NCBI RefSeq assembly: GCF_006345805.1
Contig: NC_043003.1
Span: 109,182,001-109,246,000 of the forward strand
DNA from: Octopus sinensis
Lineage: Eukaryota
Reading direction: 5' to 3'
DNA: 64,000 bases
Below are positions 41,460 to 54,908 of this stretch, piece after piece; the stretch's first letter is position 1; the number at the start of each line of letters is the position of its first letter. Both the position numbers and the translations under genes were made by a program. Below the pieces are notes generated by a model. It was not told the DNA's origin. It saw only the letters and a list, made by a program, of their open reading frames with translations, and ran no database searches.

Positions 41460-41898
41460 TATAGATTATTATTTTATTATTATTATTAATATGAGTATTA
41501 ATTATTATTATTTTATTAATATTATAATTATGTATTATTATTATTATTATTATTAATTATTTTATTATTATTATTATTATTATATTATTATTATTATTAT
41601 TATTCTTATTTTATATTATTATTATTATTATTATTAATATTTTATTATTATTATATTATTGATTGATTATTATTATTATATATTATTATTATTATTATTA
41701 TTTTATTATTATTATTTTATTATTATTATTATTATTATATTATTATTATTATTATTAAGTATTATTATTATTATATTATTATTATTATTAATATTATTAT
41801 TATTATTATTAATATTTTATTATTATTATTTTATTATTAATATTATTATTATTTTTTATTATTATTATGATTATTATTATTATTATTATTATTATTAA

Positions 41899-41929
<31 letters not shown>

Positions 41930-42448
41930 ATTAATTTTATTATATTATTGCTTATTATTATTATTATTATATTATTATTATTATTATTTATTATTATTAT
42001 TATTATTAATTCTTTTTTTATTATTATTATTAATATTATTATTATTATTATTAATATTATTATTATATCTTATTATTTATTATTTTTTTTTCTTTTTTTT
42101 TTTTTTCTTTCAATTTGCTCTTGCCAGTTTGTTGTTGTCCGAGTGCTAGGATACCCAGACTCTTAAGGGCCATCAAGAAACTCATATTTCTCGGAGGCCA
42201 TTAAACCAAACTCAAGTAGTTTTCATTGAAAAAATTTTTTTTTTAAGTTAAATTAAAATAAATGAGAAGCAAAAGTTCTCAAAATCGACAAGCTCTTCTC
42301 AATACTTGATGTAACAGTTAAGACAATCTTTTGCACTTCTTGCAGGGATGGTAAGCCAGGGATCATTCTCATATAATTGTCGGTTCCCTTTTTGATCATT
42401 CCTAGTGCTCCTAAGAACACTGGTATTGTAACCGCCTTGAGATGCTTA

Positions 42449-42488
<40 letters not shown>

Positions 42489-42525
42489 TATTATATTATT
42501 ATTAGTATTATCATCATTATTATTA

Positions 42526-42563
<38 letters not shown>

Positions 42564-42814
42564 TTATTATTTTATTATATTATTATTATTAGTATTATTA
42601 TTATTATATTATATTATTATTAGTTATTATTATATTATTATTATTATTATAATATTATTATTAATTAATTATTATTATTATTAATATATATTATTATTAA
42701 TATTATTATTATTATTATTATTATTATATTAATATTATATTATTATTATTAATATATTATTATTATTATTATTATTATAATATTATTTATTATTATTAAT
42801 ATTTATTTATTATG

Positions 42815-42857
<43 letters not shown>

Positions 42858-42904
42858 TATTATTATTATTATTATTAATATATTATTATTATATTATTAT
42901 TATA

Positions 42905-42941
<37 letters not shown>

Positions 42942-43007
42942 ATTATTATTATTATTAATATATTATTATTATTATGATTATTATTATTAATATTAGATTA
43001 TTATTAA

Positions 43008-43056
<49 letters not shown>

Positions 43057-43240
43057 ATGATTATTATTATTAATATTATTATTATTATTATTATTATTTT
43101 ATTATTATTATTAATATTATATTATTATTATTATTATATCATTATTATTATAATATTATTATTATTATATTATTATTATTTTATTATTATTATTATTATT
43201 ATATTATATATTATTATTATTATTATTATTATTAATATTA

Positions 43241-43284
<44 letters not shown>

Positions 43285-43626
43285 CTTTTTTTTTTTCTTC
43301 TTTCTAATTGCTTCCATTTCTTGCCGAGTGTCTTCCCGACTCCTAGGGCAAAGAAACTCATAGTATTCATTGGTAGGCCATTAAACCAAACTCAGTAGTT
43401 CGTTCATTTTTTAATTTTTTTTTTAATTAAATTAAAATACATGAGCAGCAACAGTTCTCACATCGACAATGCTCTTCTCAATACGTGTGATGTACCAGTT
43501 AAGACAATCTTTTGCACTTCTTGCAGGGATGGTAAGCCAGGGATCATTCTCATATAATTTTCGGTTCCCTTCTTGATAATTCCTAGTGCTCCTACGATCA
43601 CTGGTATTGTAACCGCCTTGAGATGC

Positions 43627-43700
<74 letters not shown>

Positions 43701-43905
43701 TATTATTATTATATTATTATTATTAATATTATTATATTATTAATATTATTATTATTATTATTTTATTATTATTATATTATTATTATTATTATTATTATTA
43801 ATATTATTATTATTATTATTTTATTATTATTAATATTATATTATTATTATTATTATTATTTTATTATTATTATTAATATTATTATTATTATTATTATTAT
43901 ATTAA

Positions 43906-43939
<34 letters not shown>

Positions 43940-44285
43940 GTATTATTACTTTTTTTCTTTTCTTCTTTCAAATTGCTTCCATTTCTTGCCGAGTGTCTTC
44001 CCGACTCCTAGGCAAAGAAACTCATAGTATTCATTGGTAGGCCATTAACCAAACTCAGTAGTTCGTTCATTTTTTAATTTTTTTTTTAAGTTAATTAAAA
44101 TACATGAGCAGCAACAGTTCTCACATCGACAATGCTCTTCTCAATACGTGTGATGTACCAGTTAAGACATCTTTTGCACTTCTTGCAGGGATGGTAAGCC
44201 AGGGATCATCTCATATAATTTTCGGTTCCTTCTTGATCATCCTAGTGCTCCTACGATCACTGGTATTGTAACCGCCTTGAGATGC

Positions 44286-44346
<61 letters not shown>

Positions 44347-44372
44347 CATTATTATTATTAATATTATTATTA
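41460..44372. repeat. About 2.9 kb of imperfect (ATT)n containing three LINE 3' ends
   Basis: Read directly from the sequence. Confidence 0.9.
42105..44286 (-). mobile_element. Three tandem 3' ends (about 330 bp each) of a third R4/Dong family at about 42105-42446, 43295-43626 and 43958-44286
   Basis: Each encodes HLKAVTIPVIVGALGMIKKG...PGLPSLQEVQKIVLTGTSHVLRRALSM* and has the same 5' boundary, aaccgccttgagatgc. Confidence 0.85.
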
Positions 44373-44901
44373 CCTCTGCCTTAGTGAAGGTGGGGATATT
44401 GTTTTCAGTTGCGTTTGTTTGTTTGTCCATGGACAAAATATTTCAAGAACTGCTGGATGGATTCAGATGAAACATCCAGGGATGTTTGGCCTCATGACTG
44501 GCACAAACTGGTTAGATTTGGGGATTGATCTGGTCCTGGACAAGGATTCTGGATTATTTTTCCTGTTTTTTTTTTACTTATTTTTTGAGGGTGGTCAGGT
44601 TCATTTTAGTATTCTTGTTTGTGAGAGCAGTCAAGTTTATTTCAGATATTCTCATTTTAAAAATCCTCTCTTGCTAATCGTTGAGAGGACATTGGTGTTG
44701 CTTTGGTAGAGGTTTGTGCTCTCTGAGTGCTCTTGTTATTTTTATTATTATACAAGGTTGACTTTGCCTTCCATTCTTTCAGGGTTGATAAATTAAGGAT
44801 CAGTGAAACACTTTGGTCGATGTAATTGACTAGTCCCTTCCCCACAAATTTCAGGCCTAGTGCCTTTTTTAGAAAGGATTATTATTATTATTATTATTAT
44901 T

Positions 44902-45096
44902 CAGTTGTCTGATTCTTATTGCATGCTGTCTCTGTACCTTGTGTATGTTCAATGCTCTGTTTTTGATTTGCTGTTCCTAATATCTTCAGAGCGCTATACA
45001 TGATAGGTCTGCCGCCGTGCCTAGCAGTGCCATTCTCTGTACAGGATGCATATTTCTAAGTCCTTGGGTTTTGCTTATGTATTTCTCTGCATGTGA
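44902..45096 (-). mobile_element. Short 3' end of a fourth R4/Dong-like family
   Basis: Minus translation AEKYISKTQGL...VQRMALLGTA, located between (ATT)n tracts. Confidence 0.55.
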
Positions 45097-45110
45097 TTAT
45101 TATTATTATT

Positions 45111-45201
<91 letters not shown>

Positions 45202-45699
45202 TTGTATCCTCCTCCTCCTCCTCCTCATCATCATCATCATCACCACCATCATCATCAGCATCATCATCACATCATCATCATCATCATAATCATCATCATC
45301 ACCACCACCACCACCACCACCACCATCATCATCAAACCACACACCACCACATCATCATCATCATCATCACACCCCACCACCACCACCACACCATCATCAT
45401 CATCACCACCACCACCACCACCACCACCATCATCATCACCACCACCACCACCACAATCATAATCATCATCATCACCACCACCACCACCACCATCATAATC
45501 ATCATCATCATCATCATCACCACCACCATCATCATCACCATCATCACCACCAGCATCATCATCATCATCATCATCACCACCACCACCACCACCATCATAA
45601 TCATCATCATCACCACCACCACCACCACCACCATCATTATCATCACATCATCATCATCATCATCATAATCATCATCATCATCGTCGTCGTCGGCGTCAT

Positions 45700-45765
<66 letters not shown>

Positions 45766-45891
45766 AATCATCATCATCATAATCATCATCATCATCATCA
45801 TCATCATCATAATCATCATCATAATCATCATCATCATCATCATAATCATCACCATCACCATCATCATCATCATCATCACCATCACCATCAC

Positions 45892-45929
<38 letters not shown>

Positions 45930-45961
45930 CCATCATCACCACCACCATCATCATCAGCATC

Positions 45962-45992
<31 letters not shown>

Positions 45993-46029
45993 CCATCATC
46001 ATCATCACATCATCATCATCATCATCACC

Positions 46030-46074
<45 letters not shown>

Positions 46075-46103
46075 GTCGTCGTCGTCGTCGTCGTTGTCAT
46101 CAT

Positions 46104-46142
<39 letters not shown>

Positions 46143-46304
46143 AATCATCATCATCATCATCGTCGTCGTCGTCATCATAATCATCATCATCACCATCACC
46201 ATCATCATCATCATCGTCGTCGTCGTCGTCATCATAATCATCATCATAATTATCATCATCATCACACACATCATCATCATCATCGTCGTCGTCGTCGTCA
46301 TAAT

Positions 46305-46338
<34 letters not shown>

Positions 46339-46494
46339 GTCGTCGTCGTCGTCATCATAATCATCATCACATCATCATCATCATCATCACCATCATCATC
46401 ATCACGTCGTCGTCGTCGTCATCATAATCATCATCACCATCATCATCATCATCACCATCATCATCATCACATCATCATCATCATCATCACCACC

Positions 46495-46539
<45 letters not shown>

Positions 46540-46568
46540 GTCGTCGTCGTCGTCGTCGTTGTCATCAT

Positions 46569-46607
<39 letters not shown>

Positions 46608-46829
46608 AATCATCATCATCATCATCGTCGTCGTCGTCATCATAATCATCATCATCACCATCACCATCATCATCATCATCGTCGTCGTCGTCGTCATCAT
46701 AATCATCATCATCACCATCACCATCATCATCATCATCGTCGTCGTCGTCGTCATCATAATCATCATCATCATAATCATCATCATCATCATCACCATCATC
46801 ATCATCATCGTCGTCGTCGTCGTCATCAT

Positions 46830-46866
<37 letters not shown>

Positions 46867-46955
46867 GTCGTCGTCGTCGTCATCATAATCATCATCACCA
46901 TCATCATCATCATCATCACCATCATCATCATCATCGTCGTCGTCGTCGTCATCAT

Positions 46956-46992
<37 letters not shown>

Positions 46993-47162
46993 GTCGTCGT
47001 CGTCGTCATCATAATCATCATCATCATCATAATCATCATCATCATCGTCGTCGTCGTCGTCATCATAATCATCATCATCATCATCATCATCATCACATCA
47101 TCATCATCATCATCATCATCACCACCACCACCATCATAATCATCATCATCATCACCATCACC

Positions 47163-47193
<31 letters not shown>

Positions 47194-47245
47194 CCACCAC
47201 CACCACCACCATCATAATCATCATCATCGTCGTCGTCGTCGTCGT

Positions 47246-47288
<43 letters not shown>

Positions 47289-47326
47289 TATCATATCATC
47301 ATCATCATCGTCGTCGTCGTCGTCAT

Positions 47327-47374
<48 letters not shown>

Positions 47375-47431
47375 AATCATCATCATCATCGTCGTCGTCG
47401 TCGTTATCATAATCATAATCATCATCATCAT

Positions 47432-47473
<42 letters not shown>

Positions 47474-47542
47474 AATCATCATCATCGTCGTCGTCGTCGT
47501 CGTTGTCGTCGTCATCATCATCATCATCATCATTATTATTAT
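45097..47542. repeat. About 2.4-kb compound trinucleotide array (GTT/GCT, then CAT/CAC/CGT/AAT)
   Basis: Read directly from the sequence. Similar shorter arrays at 49890-50305 and 51680-52025. Confidence 0.95.
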
Positions 47543-47840
47543 TCCCATTGGTACCTATTGTTATAGGGTTTCTTTCTGTTTTAAACCTGCATCACCCCGT
47601 CACTACCCCCACCGCTACCCCCTCTCACTCCATCCTACCCCCCCACCATCATCACCACCGCCGCCGCCACTGCTACCACATTCTAGTTATCTCTATTTAG
47701 CAATCTTTATATTTGGATAATTTCTGTTTCTTTTAGAGATGCATCACTGTCTGTTGGGACTACCACTGTTACTGCTGCTGCTACAACCACCACCAGCACC
47801 AGCACCACCACCACCACCATCACTACTGCTGCTGCTGCTG

Positions 47841-47885
<45 letters not shown>

Positions 47886-48439
47886 TGTGTTGTTTGTTGC
47901 AGTACTACACTTTAAAGTTAATTTCTTCCAGGATCCCTGAGGTGTGTGTGGGGGGGGGGACAAAGAAAGAGAAAGAAAGAAAGAGGAGAGAGAAAGAGAG
48001 GTGAGAGAGAGTGCAGATTCAACTTTAGATATTTTATTGTGTCATTTTTATTTTTATTCTTCTACTCTCTTACTTGTATCAGTCATTTGACTGTGGCTAT
48101 GCTGGAGCACCACCCCAAAGGGTCTTTTAGTCAAAGAAATTGACTCCAGGACTTATTCTTTGTAAGCCAAGTATCTATTCTATCTGTCCCTTTTGCTGAA
48201 CTGCCAAGTTATTGGGATGTAGACATGCCAACACTGGTTGTCATGTGAAGGGGGGGAGGAGCAAAACACAGACACACACACACAAACATATATATATATA
48301 TATAAATACAGTGTACATTTAAACACATAAGAGATGGCCATAATAGGACATCTAACCCACTAGAAGGAGTAGTTAAAATCCAAACCACTATTAGGGGTAA
48401 TTTCGAAAGGGAATGAAAAATAAAAACATTTGCCATCTA

Positions 48440-48514
48440 TTTCCTGGACCATGGTTACAAGCTATCTTCAGCAAATAAAGTTATTTGCTAGGCGAAGCTC
48501 TCATCAGCAGGAAA
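48440..48514 (-). ncRNA. Type I hammerhead with long stem II and one core substitution
   Basis: tttcctg-CTGATGA-gagct[...agcaaata act ttatttgct...]agctt-GTAA-ccatgg-TC-caggaaa. 7-bp stem I. Confidence 0.7.
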
Positions 48515-48965
48515 GCCAAAGATTAACATATAAGCCCAAGGCAATACAGAACATGCCACGTGCTTACATGTTATAACGTTTCAAATCCACTGCGCAAGCG
48601 CAATTTTTTATTGGCAGCGAATAGAAATAATGCTGATTTTCTTCCAAAATTAGCCAAAAAATTAACAAATTTCAGGGTAGTAAAAGTTATTTACAAATTT
48701 TTTTACCACCAGTGGCCTAGCGTGTAGAAAAACTAGTCAATAGACTATATATTATTCATTATAAATACAGTGTACATTTAAACACATGAGATGGCCATTA
48801 AAGAACATCTAATCCGCTAGAAGGAGTAGTGAAAATCCAAATTACTATTAGGGAATGAAAAATAAAAACATTTACCATCTATTTCCATGGTGGAGTTGAA
48901 AAATTATAACATGGAAGCACGTGGCATGTTCTGTATTGCCTCGGGCTTATATGTTAATCTTTGTC

Positions 48966-49004
48966 TTTCCTGCTGAAGATAGCTTGAAACCATGGTACAG
49001 GAAA
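48966..49004 (+). ncRNA. Compact type I hammerhead with intact core boxes
   Basis: tttcctg-CTGAAGA-tagctt-GAAA-ccatgg-TA-caggaaa, with an ACCATGGT palindrome. Confidence 0.75.
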
Positions 49005-49998
49005 TAGATGGCAAATGTTTTTATTTTTCATTCCCTTTTGAAATTACCCCTAATAGTGGTTTGGATTTTAACTACTTCTTCTAGTGGGTTAGATGTCCTA
49101 TTATGGCCTCTTATGTGTTTAAATGTACACAACATTTATAATGAGATGCAGTACGAAGCTTTGTCAGTGAACAGGTCGCGGTCTCAAAGCGATGAAAATA
49201 TTTTGACAAATTAAACTTAAATGTTGAAGTGAATCTAACGGATTTTGTGTGTTTCTTATAAACACCTTCCACGCTGCAATTGTTTTCGTTCCAGCACACG
49301 ATCTCAGATCAAGACATTCGCTATGCAAGTACATCTCCATAAAGTATTTCTAATGAATGATATATAGTCTTTTGACTAGTTTTTCTACACTCTAGGCCAC
49401 TGGTGGTAAAAAATTTCTAAATAATTTTTTACTACCCTGAAATTTATTAAATATATATATATACAACGAGCTTCTTTTAATTTCTGTCTACCAAATCCAC
49501 TCACAAGGCTTTGGTTGGCTTGGGGCTATGGTAAAAGACACTTGCCCAAGGTGTCATGCAGTGGGACTGAACCTGGAACCATGTGGTTGGGAAGCAAGCT
49601 TCTTACCACACAGCTTTGCCTGCGCCTATGTTTGAAAAATATTTATTTTTGCTTTGTTTCTTGCTGGTTCAGTACGGTCTCCTCTGCAGTCAGAGGAGGG
49701 GCTAATCATAATGGAGATTGTCATCATCACTTTAAAGCCTACTTTTCCATGGACATAAACAAAATGGATAAACCTGACTGGTTTCAAATCTCATTTGATC
49801 TTCTTTGGCAGTAGAGTATCATATTTTTGTTGAGATATATCGTCTGTGTTTCTGTTAGTTTTGAAAATAATAAAGAATTTAGTAATACATCATCACCATC
49901 ATCATCATCACCAGCATCATCGTCGTCGTCATCATTGTCGTCATCGTTGTCATCATCATCATAAACATGATCATTGTTATCATCATCATCGTCATTGC

Positions 49999-50029
<31 letters not shown>

Positions 50030-50529
50030 TTTATCATTGTCATCATTGTCGTCATCAACACCATCAACATCATCATCATCATCATCATCATTATCATTGT
50101 CATCATTGTCATCATTGTCGTCATCAACACCATCAACATCCTCCTCATCATCATCATCATCTTCATCGTCATCATTGTCATCATTGTCGTCATCAACATC
50201 ATCAACATCATCATTATTATCATCATCAATGTCCTCCTCCTCCTCCTCCTCATCATCATCATAATCATCATAATCATCATTGTCCTCATCATCGTTATCA
50301 TCATGGTTTTGATGTCCACTTTTCCATGGTTTCATTCGTCAGATGGGATTCCTTAAAGCAGTTTATATAGTCCGATGCCTTTCTCACTGCCAACCCTTGA
50401 TTCTTTTCAAGCAAAGTAGCATTTCCCCAGGATTGAGCATCTTTCCATTAAAAATTGGAAGTAAATCACACTGCTTGCATGAGCACAAGTTTTTTTTTAT
50501 TCTCTCTCTCTCTTTATTTCCTCATGTTC

Positions 50530-50565
50530 CTTTCTGATGAAGAGCATAGGTTCGAAATGTAAAAG
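50530..50565 (+). ncRNA. Minimal PLE-type hammerhead
   Basis: cttt-CTGATGA-agagc atag gttc-GAAA-tg-TA-aaag (ACGT palindrome decayed to ATGT). Followed about 90 bp later by (TATC)n. Confidence 0.7.
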
Positions 50566-50653
50566 ATTTTCTCACCTTCCCAAGCATCCAACTAATACCC
50601 CTGCTTGTTGTTTATACACCTATCTTCGTCTTTTGTTTTTCTGTAAATTTCAA

Positions 50654-50727
<74 letters not shown>

Positions 50728-51134
50728 GTGTGTCTGTCTGTCTGTCTATGTATCTATCTATATATAAGTATTATTTTAATTGTTTCAGTCATTTGACTGT
50801 GGCCATGCTGGAGAACCACCTTTAGTCAAACAAATCGACCCTAGGACTTATTCTTCGTAAGCCTAATACTTCTATCAGTCTCTTTTGCCAAACTGCTAAG
50901 TTACAGGGATGTAAAAACACCAACATCAGTTTTCAACCGATAGTGGAGGGACGAACACAGACACACAAACATATACATATATACATATATACATATATAT
51001 GACGGGCTTCTTTCAGTTTCCATCTACCAAATCCATTCACAAGGCTTTGGTTAGCCCAAGGTGCCACACAGTGAGACTGAACCTGGTATCATGTGGTTGG
51101 GAAGCAAGCTACTTACCACATAGTTACTCCTGCA

Positions 51135-51176
<42 letters not shown>

Positions 51177-51818
51177 CACACAACAGACTTTTTTCAATTT
51201 CTGTCAATCAAATTCACTCACAAGTTAGCTCGTCAGCACCAAACTATAGGATAAGACATTTGCACAGAATGTCAAGCAGTGGAACTGAACCCAAACCATT
51301 GCAATTGGGATGCAAACTTCTTAACCACACAGCCACACCTCTACCTAGCAGTGATAAGAGCAGTAAATATGCTCCCCGCCCCACCGACTGACTTTTTGCA
51401 GATGCAAAAACCTTGGAAAAAATATAAAGGAAAAGGAAAATAGAAATAACGGTAATGAAAGAAATAAACATCGTTATAAATACGAGCAGTTAAAATATGA
51501 GAAGCAATAAAGAATAAAATTGTGCAAAGCCCAAAGTTAAATGAGAAAAGCAGTGAAGCCATTAAGAATAGTCTGAGAATCAGAGAGATTAGCGTTTTGG
51601 TGTTGTTGTTGTGAGTCATTGGGAGATTTTCGATATCAACCAGCTGTAAGCTGTAGGAAAAGAGAAAACATGGTTGATGTCATCATCATCATCACCACCA
51701 TCATCATCATCAGCAGCAGCAGCATCATTATTATCATTGTTGTCATCGTCATCATCATCATTCTCAACACCATCATCACCACCATCATCATCATCATAAT
51801 TATTATCATCATTGTCAA

Positions 51819-51851
<33 letters not shown>

Positions 51852-52457
51852 TATTATCATGTGTTGTCTTCATCATCATCATCATTGTTGTGGTCATCAG
51901 TCATAATCATTATTCTCAACACCATCATCATCATCATCATCATCATTTGTTGTCTTCATCATCATCAGTGCCATCAACATCATCATCGTCATCGTCATTG
52001 CCATCGTCGTCATCATCACTATCATTTTAATGTCTACTTTTCAATGCTTGCATGGGTTGGGTGGAGTCTGTAGAGGCAGATTTTCTACAGCTGGATGCCC
52101 TCCCTGTCACCAACCCTCGTCTGTTTCCAAATGAGGCATTATATTTCCCCATGGCCAGAGACATATTTTCCTTGAATATTGGAAAATGAAAGGCACTGCT
52201 TGTATGACAGTGACACTCATTTACAGCTACCATGCAATGCCAAGACAAGGAGTCACTCTCTCACTCATTGCTGTCTCTGCCTGCAGCAGAATACACACCA
52301 GCTTGGAATAATTGTCTCCTTAGTATTTCATCTTTGGCAAGATTGCTCAGTGAAATCACGTCAAGGCCTCTCCATGCTCTGATGTTTGTCTCTCCATCTC
52401 TTAGGTTGCATTACAAAAGCTCGAAGACTTTCAGAATCATGTAATATGATTCATTAG

Positions 52458-52756
52458 TGGAGGCACATGGCCTAGTGGTTAGAGCAGTGGACTCGCAGTC
52501 GAGGGATCACGGGTTTGAATCTCAGACTGGGCGATGTGTGTGTTTATGAGTGAAACACCTAAGGTTCACGCGGCTCCGGCAGAAGGTAATGGCGAACTTC
52601 TGCTGACTCTTTCGCCACAACTTTCTCTCACTCTTTCCTCCTGCATCTTGCAGCTCACCTGCGACGAACCGGTGTCCCGTCCAGGTGGGGAACCTATACG
52701 TCAAGTAAACTGGGAAACCGGCCCTTATGAGCCAGGCATGGCTCAAGAAGGAACAA
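52458..52756 (+). mobile_element. tRNA-derived SINE
   Basis: tggcctagtggttagagc A-box and ggtttgaatc B-box. Same family as 3544-3850. Confidence 0.75.
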
Positions 52757-53162
52757 TATGATTCATTACTAACTCTGAACGCTCAGACAAAGTGAGAATT
52801 GAACATCTAAGACAGATAACCAAATTGCCACTAATCACCTCTGTCATCAAAATTAAGGTATCCAGACTGTTTGACCATGCTAAGTGAATGGTCCGTGGCA
52901 TCAGCAAGATCTGTTTGGAAGGCATGATTAATGGAGAGAAGCACAAGCATACACATACTCACATGTACATAATCACACATAAATGCAAACACACACACAC
53001 ACACACACACAATAGGTTTCTTAGAGTTTCCATCTACCATATCTGTTCATAAGTCTTTAGTCGGCACCCAGGGCAATATAGTAGAACTGAAGCGAGAGCC
53101 ATGTGGCTGGGAAGCAAAACTTCTTAACCACATGGCCATGTCTGTACTCAAAGTGTGAGAGA

Positions 53163-54033
53163 CAAGGAGATACCCAAAATAAACTGGAATTTTCCAATAT
53201 TATTTTTTTCACTTAGTTTTACATATTTACACTTTTATCGCCTTCAAAGTATTCTCCATTTGAAGTAATGCATCAGTCCAGATGCATTTTCTACTCTTTG
53301 AAGCAGTGCTGGGACTCTGGCAAAGTGATGCGTTTTTTCTTCCACATTGGCAAATTCCGTAGCACCAGCTTTCATCACCAGTGATGACCTTTGAAAAATG
53401 GTCTGAATCAACTCTTCTTTCAGTTCACAACATGCATTCAGTTGTGACTTCTTTTAATCTTCCATGAGCAAGCGAGGCACAAATTTTGCTTCAACTCTTT
53501 TCATTTGCAATTCCTTGCTCAAAATTCATTGGCAGAAGCTCCAAGACACACCATTCATATCAAAAACTTCATCAATTGTTCAGTGATGGTCTTCCGATAT
53601 CAGTTCATGAATTTTCGTGATATTTTCATTAGTTTGGGAAGTCAATAGTCATCCTAAACAAGGCTGGTCTTCAAGCGACAAGTGACCATTCTTAAAGTGT
53701 GGAACCATTAATAAATTTGTGTTTTGCTCATGGTAGTATCTCGTAAGCTGTTTGAAGCATGACAACTGTTTCAGCTGTCATTTGCCGCAGCAGAAAATAG
53801 AATTTCATGGGAGCATTCTGTTCCTTCATTTCAGCCATTGCAAAAATTGATGAACAGGGAAGAAGCACTGCAAAACAAAGATACACCACGTGGCAGTATG
53901 ACTTCATTGGATGATGCTAGTTGGCAGACTGATGCCTGAGGATTGTATCAAGTGGCTTCTAGTGGCAGAAGCCTGAACTGCAATGGGATTTTTCCACAGA
54001 GAACTCTTTTGGTTACTTTTGGGTATCCCCTTG
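53163..54033 (-). mobile_element. Internally deleted mariner transposon
   Basis: TIRs caaggagatacccaaaa / ttttgggtatccccttg|TA. Minus strand remnants AETVVMLQTAY, MSKTQIY.WF...KNG..SLED.P and ITGDESWCYG. Confidence 0.8.
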
Positions 54034-54806
54034 TATGTTGAGAAAAACTATTCCACAACTTTTGCTTTGTTTTATCTTTCCATCCTCTGGGAATATAAAA
54101 TGCAAATTTAACCCTGGCAAGATTTGAACTCAAGAGCAAGGGAAGCAAAATGAAACTTTATAATACTTGCAGATCAATGTTCGATTATTGCACTAAACTC
54201 CAGTTTTTCATTTTCATAATTTTAATGACTTCCTTAGCTTTCCTTGTATTCACAAATATAACGATTTTCTTAGCTTGCAGTGATTTTCCCAAGCAAACAG
54301 ATCTTTCCAAGTCTTTTGTTGGAAAGAATTAATTAGATAGCTATCATTTAATTACCTCCTTTCTGTAATTTCGCATCTAAATTGGGATCACAGATAATGC
54401 TGTGTCTTTTAGCTGCATTTGCAAATAATCAGAATACAAACATATACATACATGCTTCTATCTGCATGTATCTACGTATCTTTGTATCTATGTATATATG
54501 TATGCACATAAACATATATATGTGTGTATGTGTATACATATATACCCATCCACCTATCCCCCCCACACACACACAGACACACTCACTAACATGCACATAT
54601 GTATTGAAAATATAATTATGTTCCATTTTAATCTTTCATGTTAAGGATTTTTCATATCTGGATATTAGACCTTTAATCGTATTTCAATGTATTATATATG
54701 AAAGGAGAGCTATTCTCCACTATTCCCAAACACACACACACACACACACACTAACACACACAGATGTATGCATACATACATGTGTATGTGTGTGTATATA
54801 TACATA

Positions 54807-54908
<102 letters not shown>

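Larger units (their letters stand above)
48301..49450. mobile_element. Retrozyme-like HHR element: unit of about 459 bp in tandem plus an inverted, permuted copy
   Basis: 48301-48444 is repeated at 48760-48886. 48890-49130 is the reverse complement of about 48311-48590. 49345-49450 is the reverse complement of about 48662-48768. (TA)n flanks. Confidence 0.8.
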
